A stretch of DNA of 64,000 nucleotides from Elsinoe ampelina (Eukaryota). Of this stretch, positions 50,370 through 63,221 are shown piece by piece; position 1 is the stretch's first letter, and each line of letters opens with the position of its first letter. The stretch lies in NCBI GenBank assembly GCA_010093995.1, contig ML992505.1:1133147-1197146 (forward strand), read 5' to 3'. Made by a program: the position numbers and the translations under genes. The notes under the pieces were generated by a model. That model was not told the DNA's origin. It ran no database searches and saw nothing but the letters and a program-made list of their open reading frames with translations.

Positions 50370-51312
50370 TGCTTGCTATGAGTTATGCGTGGTGGATCAG
50401 GAGTATGAATGGCATGTAGCACGTAATAGTCAATTCAACGGCCGGGTGCGCTTCTCGTCCGGATTTGCCATGTCTCCCTTGTGCTTGGAATGCTGGTGTC
50501 AAGATCATGTGCAGTGATACAGCAGACGAGCGTGGTGCTGGAACGTTCTCCATTGGTTCAATCGTTTCTTTGCATTGCCTTGTATGCTGGTTTCGTAGGC
50601 AGAACCCGTTCTATAATCCCGCATACCGCTACACTCTCCCGCGACTTCGATCCCCACCCACGCTTCTCGACCTCCCGTTCACCACCAAGTCTTCTTGCCC
50701 TGTTTGTGGTTAGTTGGCCTGCTTCGTTCTTGTTGCTCTTGGTCGGAGTGATCATACGAAAACCATCCGGGTCATCATGTACATGGATGCGGAGGTTGTG
50801 GTGATGAGAATGGCTACAGCAAAGGTTAGCGCCCACGTCCATATTATCGCAACAATCAGCACAAACCGTAGTATGGATAGAGCATGAGCTTTGCGCGCGG
50901 TCCCTATCCTCAATGTCAATCCCTCGCTTTTGCTCGTCCTGCTGCCTCTGAAGCCAGGGTGCAGCTCCTCTGGCGGGGCTGTAGCCATACCTTGTTCCAT
51001 TGGCGGACACCATCGTGGTTCTGGTGCAGACGCTGCCAGTCCGGCACGTTATTGCGGCGGTTGAGTCCTGGGAAACTGAGGGAGAATTCGTGTCAGTTCG
51101 TTCTTGCTCGTGTGCGGCGCATTCGGGGCCACGAAAAGGCGAAGGTGTTGTGCTTACGAGCCGGCCATTGTGATTCTAAGTATCCGTCTCAATTGGTCGA
51201 ATGCGAGATACCAATGTCTGGTGATGTGGTCAGATCCAGGCATCGCATCACTGCTGTTCAACATCAGATGCACGTTTGAAGACGCTCGGACCATCCTCCC
51301 GGAAACACCCGC

Positions 51313-53836
51313 TATGCGGCTACATTTTTACTTTGAAGGACCATTGCGATACCACCACATAGTTCGCCAACCTGGAGACTTTTGGATTGAGATTGGAGAA
51401 TGGCGTCTAGCACTTCATGACATTGATCATGTGTCCGGATCGAGGTTGACCTGGATCAAGCCAATGGCTTCGCCACGTTTGGCACATTTCCGCTGGTGGC
51501 CACGGCGGCATGGCGTATCTCCTGGTCTTCTATTAACACAATCTTCTGGTCGAGAATTTTCGCTGCATGTGTCTACTACTATCAATGCTTCATCCGAGAA
51601 AGGACAGAACTCTGCGGACCAAGATGCATCTCAATTCCATGGACAACCAAGCAACGACCAATCCGCCACTCGGCTTAGTGAAGGAGCGATGAGAACGGCG
51701 AAATTGGAACAATACACTCGCTTACTCGATCAGAGGCGGCGAACGCATGGAAGAATGGGTGTGCAGCAGATCTGGCAAGCAATGTGCGCCCGTGGCGTTG
51801 ATCTTCCAGCAGGAGATCCAGTCCTTCTCAAGATCTGGTCGATCTTCCTAACAGCTTTCATGGATGACATGGTGCTCCTGAAGGAATTAATCTTGCACGC
51901 TTCGGCAATGAAGAAGCGGCACGCATCAAACTTTGACTTCCTCTACACTCGTGTTATGGAGTATCACCTGACCAAAAATCCCGAGAATGCAAGGAAGCTC
52001 TTCGACTTTATGCAGACTTGCGATCTATTGCCTGGCAGGACTGTCTCTCCGCTGGTCAAGCCTGTTCTCGCAAGCGACCATCAGCTGGAGGCACAGATTG
52101 TCTTCAAGCACATCTACCACCTGGGCACGGAGCGCGATCTTTACGACATGTTCGCCGAAGAGGCTAGAGCTGTTGGTCTGTCGAAGAGATCCTTGCAAAG
52201 GTGGCATGATTTCCTGATCACTCAAGGTGACGTGCCGTCCGGACACATACGGACCACGCCGATGATCGATCGCTTGTTCGTCAATGACCGTACAAGTCAG
52301 AAGAAACAAGCTCGTCAGGTCAATTGCACTGAACAGCGGTGGACAAAAGAGACGGAGCAGACCAACGACCCGTTCGACCCAAATGCACCCTTCACACGAG
52401 AACGCTTGAGCTCTGTAATTGGCGAGATTCATGGTGTGAAGCAGAAATCGGTCACAGACTCATTCTGCGCCAGGATATTTGCGACAGCGGGTATCTCTTC
52501 GGGGTTCATGATCGGAGCTTTGTCCATGTTCGGTCTAGACACCATCGGGCCTCTTGCGCTACGAGAACTGGCTGCCCGAGGTGAGAATATTGAGAGCTTC
52601 AAGATCGCCCTGCGCGATCTACGAGATCGTAACATCGCCATCACAGATTGTGTCTTTTCTCGAGCCATTCGCAAGTTTGCAAGCGACGGTCGACAGGACC
52701 TGTTCGACAGTGTTGTTCATAGCGATCGGCATCCCGACACGTACGAACAGCGGGATGTACTTGAGAGGCTCGTTGAAGCGGATCTGTTGCAGGACAAGAC
52801 GATTGATGCACATGCTTTGTTAGCTATTCTGGTCATGTCGGATCGTGATTCGCACAGTGCAGAATGGAACTTGCTGCTGAGAGCGGAGATTAAGAACAAA
52901 AGGATATCGAGAGTAACGGCTATTATCAACGAGATGCTCCGACAGGCTCAGATGATCAGGTATGGCACCATCAGATACATGCTGGACGAGATACTGCCAA
53001 CACGCAAACTCGGAAAGCATCCGCCGCCCCAATCTTCGGATCCTACAAAGGATCCAGACACGTTGCTAATTGTAACTGAGCTTTGTCTTGCAATCGTCAG
53101 CGCTGGACAGGAAGTAGCGGTCACCACGTGGCGAGAGCTACTCAAGCGACACGGCATGTTAGGGCGAATGGAAGAGCTGTCCCGTATCAGTTCCAAGTTG
53201 GTGGAACATCATGTACGAGTAAAAGGCAGCGGTAAGATCTTGGATGGCCCAGCACAAAGTGCGAGAGACATGCGACGACTACAGTACATCTTTGGTCATG
53301 AAATGCAGCGGGCGATTGTGGCATGGGGTTTTTACTATGCGCCGTCAGCCAACAGCCATGTCTCAGGCAGCGGAGCTGCATCGCGTGATGATGCATGGCT
53401 TGATGGGATTCGTCTCCTCGCCCGACTTCGGGACACCGGCTTGCCTATAAACGAGCAAGCAGTCAGAAAGGAATTGATTCTTCGCCTCGGGATCATCTAT
53501 ACACCCGGGATCTCTGCATTGAACCGCAACAGAGCACTCAAAACCCTGAACAAGGAGAAGCTCTCTACAAGGATCGAGCAGATCAAACAAGCTTGGCGAG
53601 GAGGCGAAGGACTTTTCGAATTCCCTGGTTGGCTCGACGGACTGACTGGTGAGGATCGGGATCGTCAGCTGCACAGGTTGCTGTTCAAGCAGACTAGGTG
53701 GATCAGACAATCAAATATCGCCATGGCGAGGAAATGGTCCGGCCCGAGTCGATTTCCCAAGAAAGGTGTGCGGTATATCGACAAGCGAGCAATTCGCATT
53801 CTGCAGCACGCTTTGCACGAAGAGCGACGACAATGA
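51313..53836 (+). CDS. Probable mitochondrial pentatricopeptide-repeat-like protein
   Basis: Long helical-repeat ORF with PPR-like segments (WNLLLRAE, TWRELLKRHGMLGRMEEL). The start codon is uncertain (51313 or ~51463). Confidence 0.7.
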
Positions 53837-54124
53837 GACTGCGAACACCACTCATGGTAATACTGGCTTCATGTTCCAGTGTCCAGCAGACTTTATGAAC
53901 ACGATGGATTCATTCAAGGGTTGTTCAGAGAGACGAGCCCACAAGCATATCTGTACAACAACCTCTGGCATATTTAAATACCTTCTTACGATTTGTAAAA
54001 TTGTCCCCATTCCTACAATATCCCATACCTCATCGTTCCCCACCGCCTATCTTGCCCCGGGCTCGACCAGCCTACTGCTTGCCCCTATCACCTCCTCCCC
54101 TCTCCTCTACTCATCCACCGCCCC

Positions 54125-55073
54125 CTACTCAGCCCACGCCCTCCTCCTCGCATTCTCCCCCCTAACCCACCCCTGAATATACCCCGGCACCTCCCCGACC
54201 TCATTATCCGCCCCCTCGACCCCCTCCCCCATCTCCTCCCAAACCGGCACCACCCCCGTCCAAACCCTCCCCCTGACCCCCTCATCCTTCAAATCCCTCC
54301 GTTCACTATGCGCCCCACCCCGCCTCACCTTCGCGCTCGCCCCTTCAAGCTCCACCCTCAACACCCCCGTCTGCCTTATCTCGCTCTCCGTCGGCGGGAC
54401 ACGACTATTCTCCCACCGGGAGGGGACCAGGCGGTCCGTAATCGCTTCCATGGCAGCGAGGATCTCATCGCGAGAGGTGACCAGGTGTGCGCGTCCGAAG
54501 ACGATGGCGCTGCGGTAGTTGACCGAGTGGCTGAAGGGGGAGAGGGCGAGGACGTAGCCGTCGAGCAGGGTGGTGGAGAGGGTGACGGGGAGGCCGGAGG
54601 GGGAGGAGGAGGGGGAGCAGAGTTTGGTGAGGCGGGAGAGGGAGGAGCCGTGGAGGTAGATGACTTTTTCGGAGGGGGAGGAGGGGGAGGGGGCGAGGGC
54701 GGTGAGCATGGGGAGGGTGGAGGGGTGAGTGGGGGGAGAGTCAGGGGCGGTGGACGGGGGAATGAAGGAGACGTGGGTGATGGGGGAGGCGAGGAGGATG
54801 GAGTGGATCAAGGGGGCGTCGTAGGATGCTGGTGGGGGTTAGATTGGTGGGGAGGAGAGGGGGATGGTCTGTGGCGGCAGTGAGGTGTTGGGAAGTGGTG
54901 CAGTCGGGAAGAGGCCAAAGGAGGAGGAGGAAAAGAGACGTGGTTGCGATGATATGGTCTCTTCAATGTTTCTTCCATCGAGGGTGAGGAAAGTAATTTG
55001 AAAACAAATAGTGCGTACCTCTTTCGGCATATCTATTGGCTTTGGTCTGCTCGGTGACAGGATATGTAGCCAT
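54125..55073 (-). CDS. Pyridoxamine 5'-phosphate oxidase-like flavin-binding protein (NimA-related)
   Basis: Exon 1 MATYP..RYAER, intron 54829-55018, then HVSF, LYLHGS-like motif, LDGYVLALSPFSHSVNYRSAIVFG and SAKVRRGG. Confidence 0.85.
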
Positions 55074-55513
55074 GATGGAGCTGTGGGCTGGAGCGCAATA
55101 AAGATGCAATAGAGCTAACGAACAAGTCACGACGCAAGCGTAGAAGCAATCCTTGCTACTGAGAAGAGATGCTTGTCGAAGTGTGCAAGGTTTTGAGGCA
55201 TCTATACATGCGTCGAAGGTCGGAGTCACCACGAAGGATGACTCCGTATGTTATCAGATCGTCGGACAATGTCAATCACGCCTTTCGATATCTACGGAGT
55301 GGCGGAGTAAACAACACCGCACGGAGTACAGATTCGCGTATTTGACAGTGTGTCATTGAGCTGTACTATCTAGAAGCAACGAGCAAAAGGCTTCCCAACT
55401 CCGTTCCTCCCAGCCATTCCCCATGACGAACCACATCGTTTCCCAAAGATCATCATATCTCGTTTATTCCTACAACACCCATGGTAAAGATAAGTGCAAG
55501 ACCTGCGACCGGT

Positions 55514-56758
55514 CTAAGCACTCTCCTTCTCCTCGTACGCAGGTGCGTCCTCATACTGAGGAAGAGGCTCGGACATGACGCTCTCCGTCTCCTCCTTGTC
55601 AGCAGCCTCGGCTTCATCCTCATTAAGTTTGACACTGGCGTAACCACGACGGCCACCACGGACGAAACGCATCCAGACGAAGGCAATCAGGCGACCGACG
55701 ATCATGCCGATCATGCTGACGAGCATCCCCATGGTGATACCAAGGAAGATGGGGACGAGAACGAAGAGAATGCCTTGAGCGGCACGGTGAAGACCGCCGT
55801 GGTGATGATGGTGGTATGGGCCGCCAAAGTGGTGGTGAGGACGGCCGTGCATCCAGGGCTTGCCACGGTGGCCGTCAGGACGGTGTGGTGGGCGAGGGTC
55901 GTCACTGTTCTGGAAGTGAGGAGGGCGGCGGTGAGTTGGGAGTCTGACACCATCTGGTCCACTGTGGGTCTTAGCACCCTTGCGTCCGTGGCAGCCGGGC
56001 TTCTTGGGGAACTGAAGCTTGGTTGGGAGCTTAGCCTGGACCTCCTTCAACTTGGCCTCAAGGACGTCACGGAAGTGGCAGACTGGCGCTGGGAGCGAAC
56101 AGGGTCTAGGTGCTGAGGGAGTTGGAGCATCGCCAACGGCTGGTGGTAGAGAGTCGAAGATAGAGTTGGCCTTTGGGATAGGTTCCGCATTGAGCAGAGC
56201 CATCTTGCCATCCTTCCTCTTGAGAGCGGTGACCTCGATACCGTCGACAGTCACAGGGTGGTTGTCGATAGACATGATTTGATAATGAACACGGACAACC
56301 GAGTCGGCATCTGGCGAGACAATCTCCTCCTTTGCCATGGACGAATCGGCCGTGACTGTGACCGAAACGCGGTTGGCTTTGCCTTCTACCAGTTCAGTCA
56401 TAGATGTATCGGCGCGGATCATGTCGACCTTTGCCTTCTTAAACGATGCAAGAGGTGGGTATAGAGCGTAGTCCTCCAGTCCGACAGCGTTTCCTTCGAA
56501 GATTGTAGAAATGTTCAACAGCAGGCTGTTTGCCCCTCCTTGAATCCACATGGTCTCGCCTTCGGCTGACTCTTCGACTTCGCCCTGCTTTGTGGGGAAG
56601 ACGCATTCTGGGCAAGGCAGTCTAATCGCTTGCCAGTCCGGCTTGACCAGCATGAGTTCGACGGGCTCTCCAGTGCTCTGCATTCCAGGAGGAATGAGCA
56701 ATGCCTGAGCGGTCAAGGCGGAGGTTGCGGCGACGACGCCGGCTAAGCGGCTGACCAT
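55514..56758 (-). CDS. Hypothetical type I membrane protein
   Basis: Signal peptide, CPEC motif, His-rich linker, long hydrophobic segment near the C-terminus, and PQY/PAY tail motifs. Confidence 0.8.
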   Translation of the reverse strand: MVSRLAGVVAATSALTAQALLIPPGMQSTGEPVELMLVKPDWQAIRLPCPECVFPTKQGEVEESAEGETMWIQGGANSLLLNISTIFEGNAVGLEDYALYPPLASFKKAKVDMIRADTSMTELVEGKANRVSVTVTADSSMAKEEIVSPDADSVVRVHYQIMSIDNHPVTVDGIEVTALKRKDGKMALLNAEPIPKANSIFDSLPPAVGDAPTPSAPRPCSLPAPVCHFRDVLEAKLKEVQAKLPTKLQFPKKPGCHGRKGAKTHSGPDGVRLPTHRRPPHFQNSDDPRPPHRPDGHRGKPWMHGRPHHHFGGPYHHHHHGGLHRAAQGILFVLVPIFLGITMGMLVSMIGMIVGRLIAFVWMRFVRGGRRGYASVKLNEDEAEAADKEETESVMSEPLPQYEDAPAYEEKESA

Positions 56759-57381
56759 GATGGGCGATATCAGTCGTAGATGTGTGTGTGTTAGGTATGT
56801 ATTGTATATGCTATTCGAGAGTGGTGAAGGGAGGAAAGGGTGTCGTGGTTGTGTGAGTTGGGATTGAGAATGAGAGATAAAGAGTAGCCTGAGCCCTGAG
56901 GGACGGAGGATTGAGGGTTTGTTGCGCCTTGTCCGACGTTGATTGGTCCAAGCAGGGCCTCGTCATCAAGTGAAACTCTGGTTGCCGCTCGGCCGCGAGT
57001 CACGTGTCTTTTGTTGCCCTTTGTCACGTATTTTCTTCCAAAGCTCTGGCTTGTTCGTGTTCCAGGACACGAATGCAGTTTGGGACCGGTTTCACTTCCG
57101 CAGCAACCTTTGTCATCGCCACAATGCAAAAGTCGCTTACAACGAGTCATTTGAACGACTTGATCGTTTCTTGCATGATCAGTAAGTTCACAACTTGCCG
57201 AGGCTTGTCTCTTGTCTACAGCCGGGAGGGGCACCGAGTCTAGAAACTCTGTCCGTGACCTCACAACCAGCTCACGGGCTCACGAGCATATCTCTACTTC
57301 TTCTCTCCTTACCTTTACACCTCCCAATTGCCTTTTCCTCTTGATTATCTCTCAGCAACCCCTCACACCAATTCCACCACC

Positions 57382-58444
57382 ATGGCTCCCGAAATCCCCA
57401 ACGACATCATCCTCTTCCACTACCCCTTCTCCCCCTACGCCCGCCGCATAGTCTGGTACCTCACCCTCCGCAACATCCCCTACGCCCAATGCGTACGCTC
57501 TCCCCCTCCCCCCCATCCCCTCCCTCACTAACACCCCACAGCTCCAACCCCCCTACCTCCCCCGCCCCACCCTCTCCTCCCTCGGCGTCTCCTACCGCCG
57601 CATCCCCCTCCTCTCCATCAACTCCTCCATCTACCTCGACACACGCCTCATCCTCTCGACCCTCGAACACCTCTTCCCCCCGTCCGCGACCCACCCTCCC
57701 CTCTCCCCACAAGCCTCGACCCTCCTCGCCCCGCTCCTCTCCTCCTTCACCATCGAAGGCGGCGTCTTCGCCCGCAGCGCCCAACTCATCCCCCCTTCCC
57801 TCCCGCTCCTCAACGACCCCAAATTCACAAAGGACCGCGAAGACTTCATGGGCCGCTCGTGGGCCAAGGAACACATCCTCCGCGCCCGCCCGGAAGCCAT
57901 GGCCAGCATGCGCACTCTCTGGGACGTGTACGAGACTGCCCTCTCTGACGGACGAGAGTGGATCGCTGGTACGCAAGGCGTGACCTTGGCGGATATCGAG
58001 GGGGTGTGGCCGCTTGTCTGGCTGGGGGAGCTCAAGGCGTTGGATAAGGGGTTGTTTGGTCAGGAGGTATACCCGCGTACGCATGCTTGGGTGAAGCGCT
58101 TCAAGAGTGCGGTGGGGGAGGCGGAGAAGAAGAACACCAATGCGGCGAAGGCGGTGAAAGTGGACGGGGAGGGAGCGGTGGGGTTTATTCTTGGAAAGGT
58201 GGGGAGGGTGCAAGAGGGAGAAGTGCAGAGTGATCCGTTGGAGTTGACGAAGGGAGAGGAAGTGGCTGTTTGGCCGATTGATACGGGGTTTAATCACAAG
58301 GATAGGGGGAGGTTGGTGGGGTTGACAAAGGATGAGGTGGTGATTGCTGTCAAGACGAAGGTGGATCCGAGTAAAGAGATTGAAGTGCATGCGCCGAGGT
58401 GGGGGTTTAGGGTCGCAAAGGTCGGTGGGCAGACCAAGTTGTGA
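57382..58444 (+). CDS. Glutathione S-transferase-like protein
   Basis: YPFSPYARRIVWYL, intron ~57493-57541, YRRIPLLSI..YLDTRLIL and GVTLADI. Confidence 0.85.
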
Positions 58445-58731
58445 TGTGGAACAGGCACGTCACGAACAAACGAGGTTGTGGATGTATTGTAAAAAGTGTA
58501 TACAATGTATATACCACCATTCAGATCATGACCTCCGTGCTCCAGGCTATCGGGGTCTTCTATAACTGCTAGCTGCTTTTGACAGAGCCAGATCTAGTAT
58601 GTTGATCGCAACTCTTGAGTACTTTTGTCTTCGTCTCCGCATGTCTTTGGAATCTAACGTAATGTTTCCGACCGAATATGCATGTTTGTGAACCCACCTT
58701 GACCATTAACCGATATCCACTCTCAAAGCGA

Positions 58732-60344
58732 TCATGAGCCGCCATCGCAGCCGATCCGGCCCAATAGCTCCTTGTGATCGCTGTGTCCAGGGATGCTGAT
58801 TCCGCTTGCTCGACTCTTGCTCTTCTTCGTCCTGGCAGGCGGTGTGCTCCTTCTACTGAAACGTAGCTCTTCCACACCGACCTCTTCTTCCTTGGGTGCC
58901 TTGAACGCCACTTTCTTGTCGTTGATCTTCTCCTGGACCTCCTCCTCTTCACCCTCATCCTCGTCGTCGCTTCGAGTGTCGTCTGCTCCCTTGCCAGTCA
59001 AGACACCGTACACCACCCTGACAATCATACCGAACCAGATGACGGTCAAGCCCTGCAGTGCCAGGAGCAAACCCAGAAAGCTGACGCGGATGTTGTTGTT
59101 GAAGCAGACATCGCCTTCACCACCCCGGTATGCGTGTAAGACATTCCACCAGATCTTATCGCCGCCATTCGAAGAAAGCTTCGTGCCAGTCGAGAGATCG
59201 TAGCATCCGTAAGGCATGACTTTGGGTACGTCGGAGTGGATAGACCAGCAGATCGCTAGGTAAATAACATGGCGAGCGACGAACCATGTGACGACGAAAA
59301 GGCCAAAAGCGATATCGCAAGCGGTCTGCATGCCGACATACTTCATCATCTTTGCAGCCTGTCCAAATCAGCTTTCGAGACCATGCAAACGTGACTGATG
59401 AACTCACAGGTAGGATGATGTCCACCACATCCATGATGCAGAGAATCACATTCCCGACCTTGGTCTGGTAGTACCCATAGCTCATCAACATGAGCAAGCT
59501 CGTGATGATATGGTGCGTGAACATCTGCCAGTGATCCTTTCTCCGCTCTTCAATGTTGACAACCACAATCTGCTGCAACCAGAAAGCGAATTGAGCTAGG
59601 TAATACCACTTCATGAGGCTCGTCATGGATGCCGTAGGAAAGTTCGTCCACATTGCCGGCAGATTCGCAAAGTAATCGGAGGTAGTGTAGAGGTACTGTC
59701 GCACTCGTCAGCCATCATTCCCTTCTGAAGCTTCTCGCGCTCCTCACCATTCCAATTGTCCAGAACACCATGTAATAGATCAACATCCACGCCTGCTCCG
59801 CGAACCGCACCATCGTCTTCTTCTTCTTCAACCCCAAGCTCTTTGCCCACGGCATGAGCACATAATCCATCGTCCCCGCCCTCAATCCCGTAAAGATAAC
59901 GATCCACAATGAGATGTACTTCAGATCCTCCACGCCAGGAAGATACAACCCCGTCTCAGCATCCTGATGCGCCAGCGTAAAGAAAGGAGTCGTCGTCGCT
60001 CTCAAGCTCGGGAACAGAAAATGCGTCAACGCGAGGAACGCAAGGCAATTGACCGACAGACCTAGCTAGATTCAGCACCCAATTCCACCATGAGCTAGGT
60101 TTGGAAGACACCCACCAAGCTGATGATTCACAATCCCCACCCTGATTGTCCCAATCAAGCTCTCGTCCTTTCGCTTCATCTTCCTCGACTTACCCGCCAT
60201 AGCTCCCGGATTAGAGCACGTCGGGACCTCGAGCACGTCTCCGCGCGGTTGGGCGGCGTACTCTGCTTGCCATTGATAGCCGTCTTGGGCGGTAGCGGAG
60301 TCTTTGCGGAGGGAATCATGCGAGGGCGCATGCATTGTCGCCAT
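58732..60344 (-). CDS. Ceramide synthase (Lag1/TLC domain), BarA/Bar1-like clade
   Basis: RFAEQAW, Lag1 motif EERRKDHWQMFTHH..GNVILCIMDVVD and ADDTRSDDE. Three short introns. Confidence 0.9.
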
Positions 60345-61207
60345 TGTGAAGGTGGGAGGAGGGGGGAGCGAGTGTCTGGTTGTCGTTCTTCTGTAGGCAG
60401 ATTTGACTGACTCGACTGGACTCGGTGGGGTCGGGGAGACTCCTTTACATCAACGCGCAGCGACCGACAACCGGTGACCGCTGGGACAGGTGGAAGCAAA
60501 AAAAGCGTGGTGCGAGAGGCTCGAGCTGTGTGCAACGGTCAGGACGCGCCGCTGGGGGCGGTCAGGGACGAGGGTGGAGCGAAAGGGTCCTGTTTGGGTT
60601 TGTTGCTTTGGATCGGCGGCGAGGAAAAGGTTTTTCTCAGGGGAAAAAGGATAGATGACTGTGCGGGGTGTTGCTTGATGAGTGAGGAATCAATTGCTGG
60701 TCGGGAAGCTTGTGAGGTGTTGTAGGGTCCTTTTTTCTTTTTGGCCGAGAGGAGAGTGCTTCCAGGAGGTCTCCATAAAATTCACTGCGGTTCCTGCTGC
60801 CCCACGGACTAGGTTTTTGAGACGGGAAGAAAGGGTCAAGCTCGGTGTTTGATCCGCACGGGGTTGCTCTCACAGCCAATCACATTTCACGTGTTGGTTG
60901 TGCCATTTCTTGTCACGATACGGGATGCTATGGTTTTGGTGATAGCTAGTCATGGAGTATGTTTGTTTGACACGCAGCGTCTTGGATCAATCTGACAGAA
61001 TACCGCAAGATGAATATACAGTAATGAAATATACTGAAGCAATTTGCTTTCTTGAACAAGACAGACCAAGCAATGTATTTTGTACGGACCGAAAACCAAT
61101 CCCATAACCATTCTTGAATGCCGTACCCTTCCATGTGTCCAGCCACCATCAGCACCAAACTCCGACCTCGTTACGGCGTACACATAGAGAAGTGATCAGC
61201 TGCTGTC

Positions 61208-62097
61208 CTAATTGTTCTGCTGGCTGTTGAGGATACGCAGAATAGCCAGGAACAAGTTGATAATGTCAAGGTACAAGCTGATCGATGCCGCGATCTCCTC
61301 CTCGACGTGGTAGTGGCGCATGACCATCTGCGTGTCCACCAAGATATACCCGCTGAAGATCAAGGCCGCAATCACACCGTATCCAAGCTCGACCTTGCTG
61401 CTGTGCGGGAAGAAGGCGGACATGAAGCCGAAGATGATAAGTACCCAGAGACCACCGAAGAGGTATGGCATCCAGCTGGTGAAATCGTACTTGCTTTGGC
61501 AGGCGAACAAAGTCAAAGCGACGAAGATGGCGGCCGTGAAGATGAGTGCTTGAAGGACGATCCTGCTATCGTAAAAGGAAGTGATGACGCTGATCGAATA
61601 TGCTTCAAGCGCTGTGAATCCACTCAGGAACAGCAGGTTGGTTGGGTACGACTTGCGCTTCCAGAAAGTGAGGAGCATGAATCCGATGGCACCGAATAGC
61701 GAGACCCACATCATCCACTGGTTTGTCTGGATCCAGTCCTTATAACTCTTGCTGAAAAACGAAACGGACGAGAGAGCGGCGGTGGCAAAGATCTGGACGG
61801 TCAAGATGGTGTAGACCTTGCGGATAAAGGCCATTCGGATGTCGAGCGTCGCTTCTGAGACAGAGCCTCCGAACTGTGAACAGATTAGTTCATGATCCCA
61901 TGCGAATCGCGTGGTATGCAGTGTATCACACGTACCTTGAAGTCATCTGGCAGGTTATCGTCCTCATCGCGCGGCGTTCCTGGCTGGTAGGCAGATTCGG
62001 CCTGGTATGAGGGTGGGGGCTGAGAGTAGTTGCTTTGTTGCGGCTCCTCGAAGGAGTCGCGCGTAGGAGCCGGCTGGTACTTTGTGTTGGCAGCCAT
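61208..62097 (-). CDS. BXI1: Bax inhibitor-1 / TMBIM family protein
   Basis: IRMAFIRKVY, YPTNLLFL, YILVDTQ and SLYLDIINLFL. One intron ~61874-61935. Confidence 0.9.
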
Positions 62098-62516
62098 GAT
62101 CGATGGTGTCCGCTGTATCGAGTGGTGGGAGAGAAGAAGAGACGGCGTTGAGAGTGTGAAAGACTCTATGGACTGTCAGAGTTGATGGACGTGTGACGCT
62201 GTCTCCAGAAGGCACCAGAGTCAAGCCGCAGCAGCGGACGAGCCCGATTGGCTGCAATTTCCCGAGCAGGACTGTCACGTGCAAGCAGTGAACTTCAAGT
62301 CGGTCCGCGACGAATGTGGACGAGCCGACGCCGCTCCTCAAACATCAGCATTTGGCATAGCATGTTAGGCTATATCTAAAGTGACCAAGCGTAAGCATAT
62401 ATATTACCTCTGCTCCAATTTCACCCCCCTACAACCCCACGTCCGTACCACTCCGCAAAGGCCCAGCACCACCAACCCACCCAAACCCTGTCTACCAACA
62501 TCCACATCAAGCCAAC

Positions 62517-63110
62517 ATGACATCTCAAAAATGGTCTTCCTCAAACCACCCCGGCCCCATCCCCCCCGTCACCACCCCGTTCCACCTCCCCATCCCCCCC
62601 AAAACCGACATCTGGGCCCGCCCCCCTTCACACGAAGTCTTCACCGCCCCGGTCCTGCACACCACCATCCCCCACTCCTCCTTCTCCCTCCTCCGCGCCA
62701 CCATCACCGCCCCCTGGAAACACCAATACGACCAAGGCGGCATCCTCGTCTCCATCGTCTCCGCCTCGGGCCCCCGACGCTGGGTGAAGTGTGGCGTGGA
62801 GATGCTTGATGGCACGCCGCGCGTGGGCACCGTGGCGAGGGATAATTGGGCGGATTGGTCGCTGCATCCTGTTGTGCATGGCGATGGGAGGACGGCGACG
62901 GTGGAGTTTGTGAATGAAGTTGGGAAGGCGTTGTGGGTTTATTTGGTCGGGGAGGATGGGGAGAGGTATCCGCTCAGGGAGGTGGCGTGGTGGGCGGGGT
63001 TGGAGAGAGGGACGGAGTTGCAGGTTGGGGTGTATGGGGCGGCACCAGGGGAGGATGGGGGGTTGGAGGTGGAGTTCAGTGGGTTGGAGGTCAAGGCGGA
63101 TGGGAAGTAG
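62517..63110 (+). CDS. DUF1349 / Ree1-like concanavalin-fold protein
   Basis: KTDIW, QYDQGGIL, WVKCGVEMLDG, WADWSL and LREVAW. Confidence 0.8.
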   Translation: MTSQKWSSSNHPGPIPPVTTPFHLPIPPKTDIWARPPSHEVFTAPVLHTTIPHSSFSLLRATITAPWKHQYDQGGILVSIVSASGPRRWVKCGVEMLDGTPRVGTVARDNWADWSLHPVVHGDGRTATVEFVNEVGKALWVYLVGEDGERYPLREVAWWAGLERGTELQVGVYGAAPGEDGGLEVEFSGLEVKADGK

Positions 63111-63221
63111 GGAGTAGAGAAAGGGTTGGAGCATGATTCATTGAGTTCGTTACCGCTATGCTTCGCTTGACTGGGTGGATGCTGTAAAGGGGGTAAATAT
63201 GCTGGTGTAATGCTGGGATGC

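Noticed and set aside
50884..51279. ORF upstream of and overlapping the PPR-like gene
   Set aside because: No clear splice link or domain; probably 5' leader sequence.
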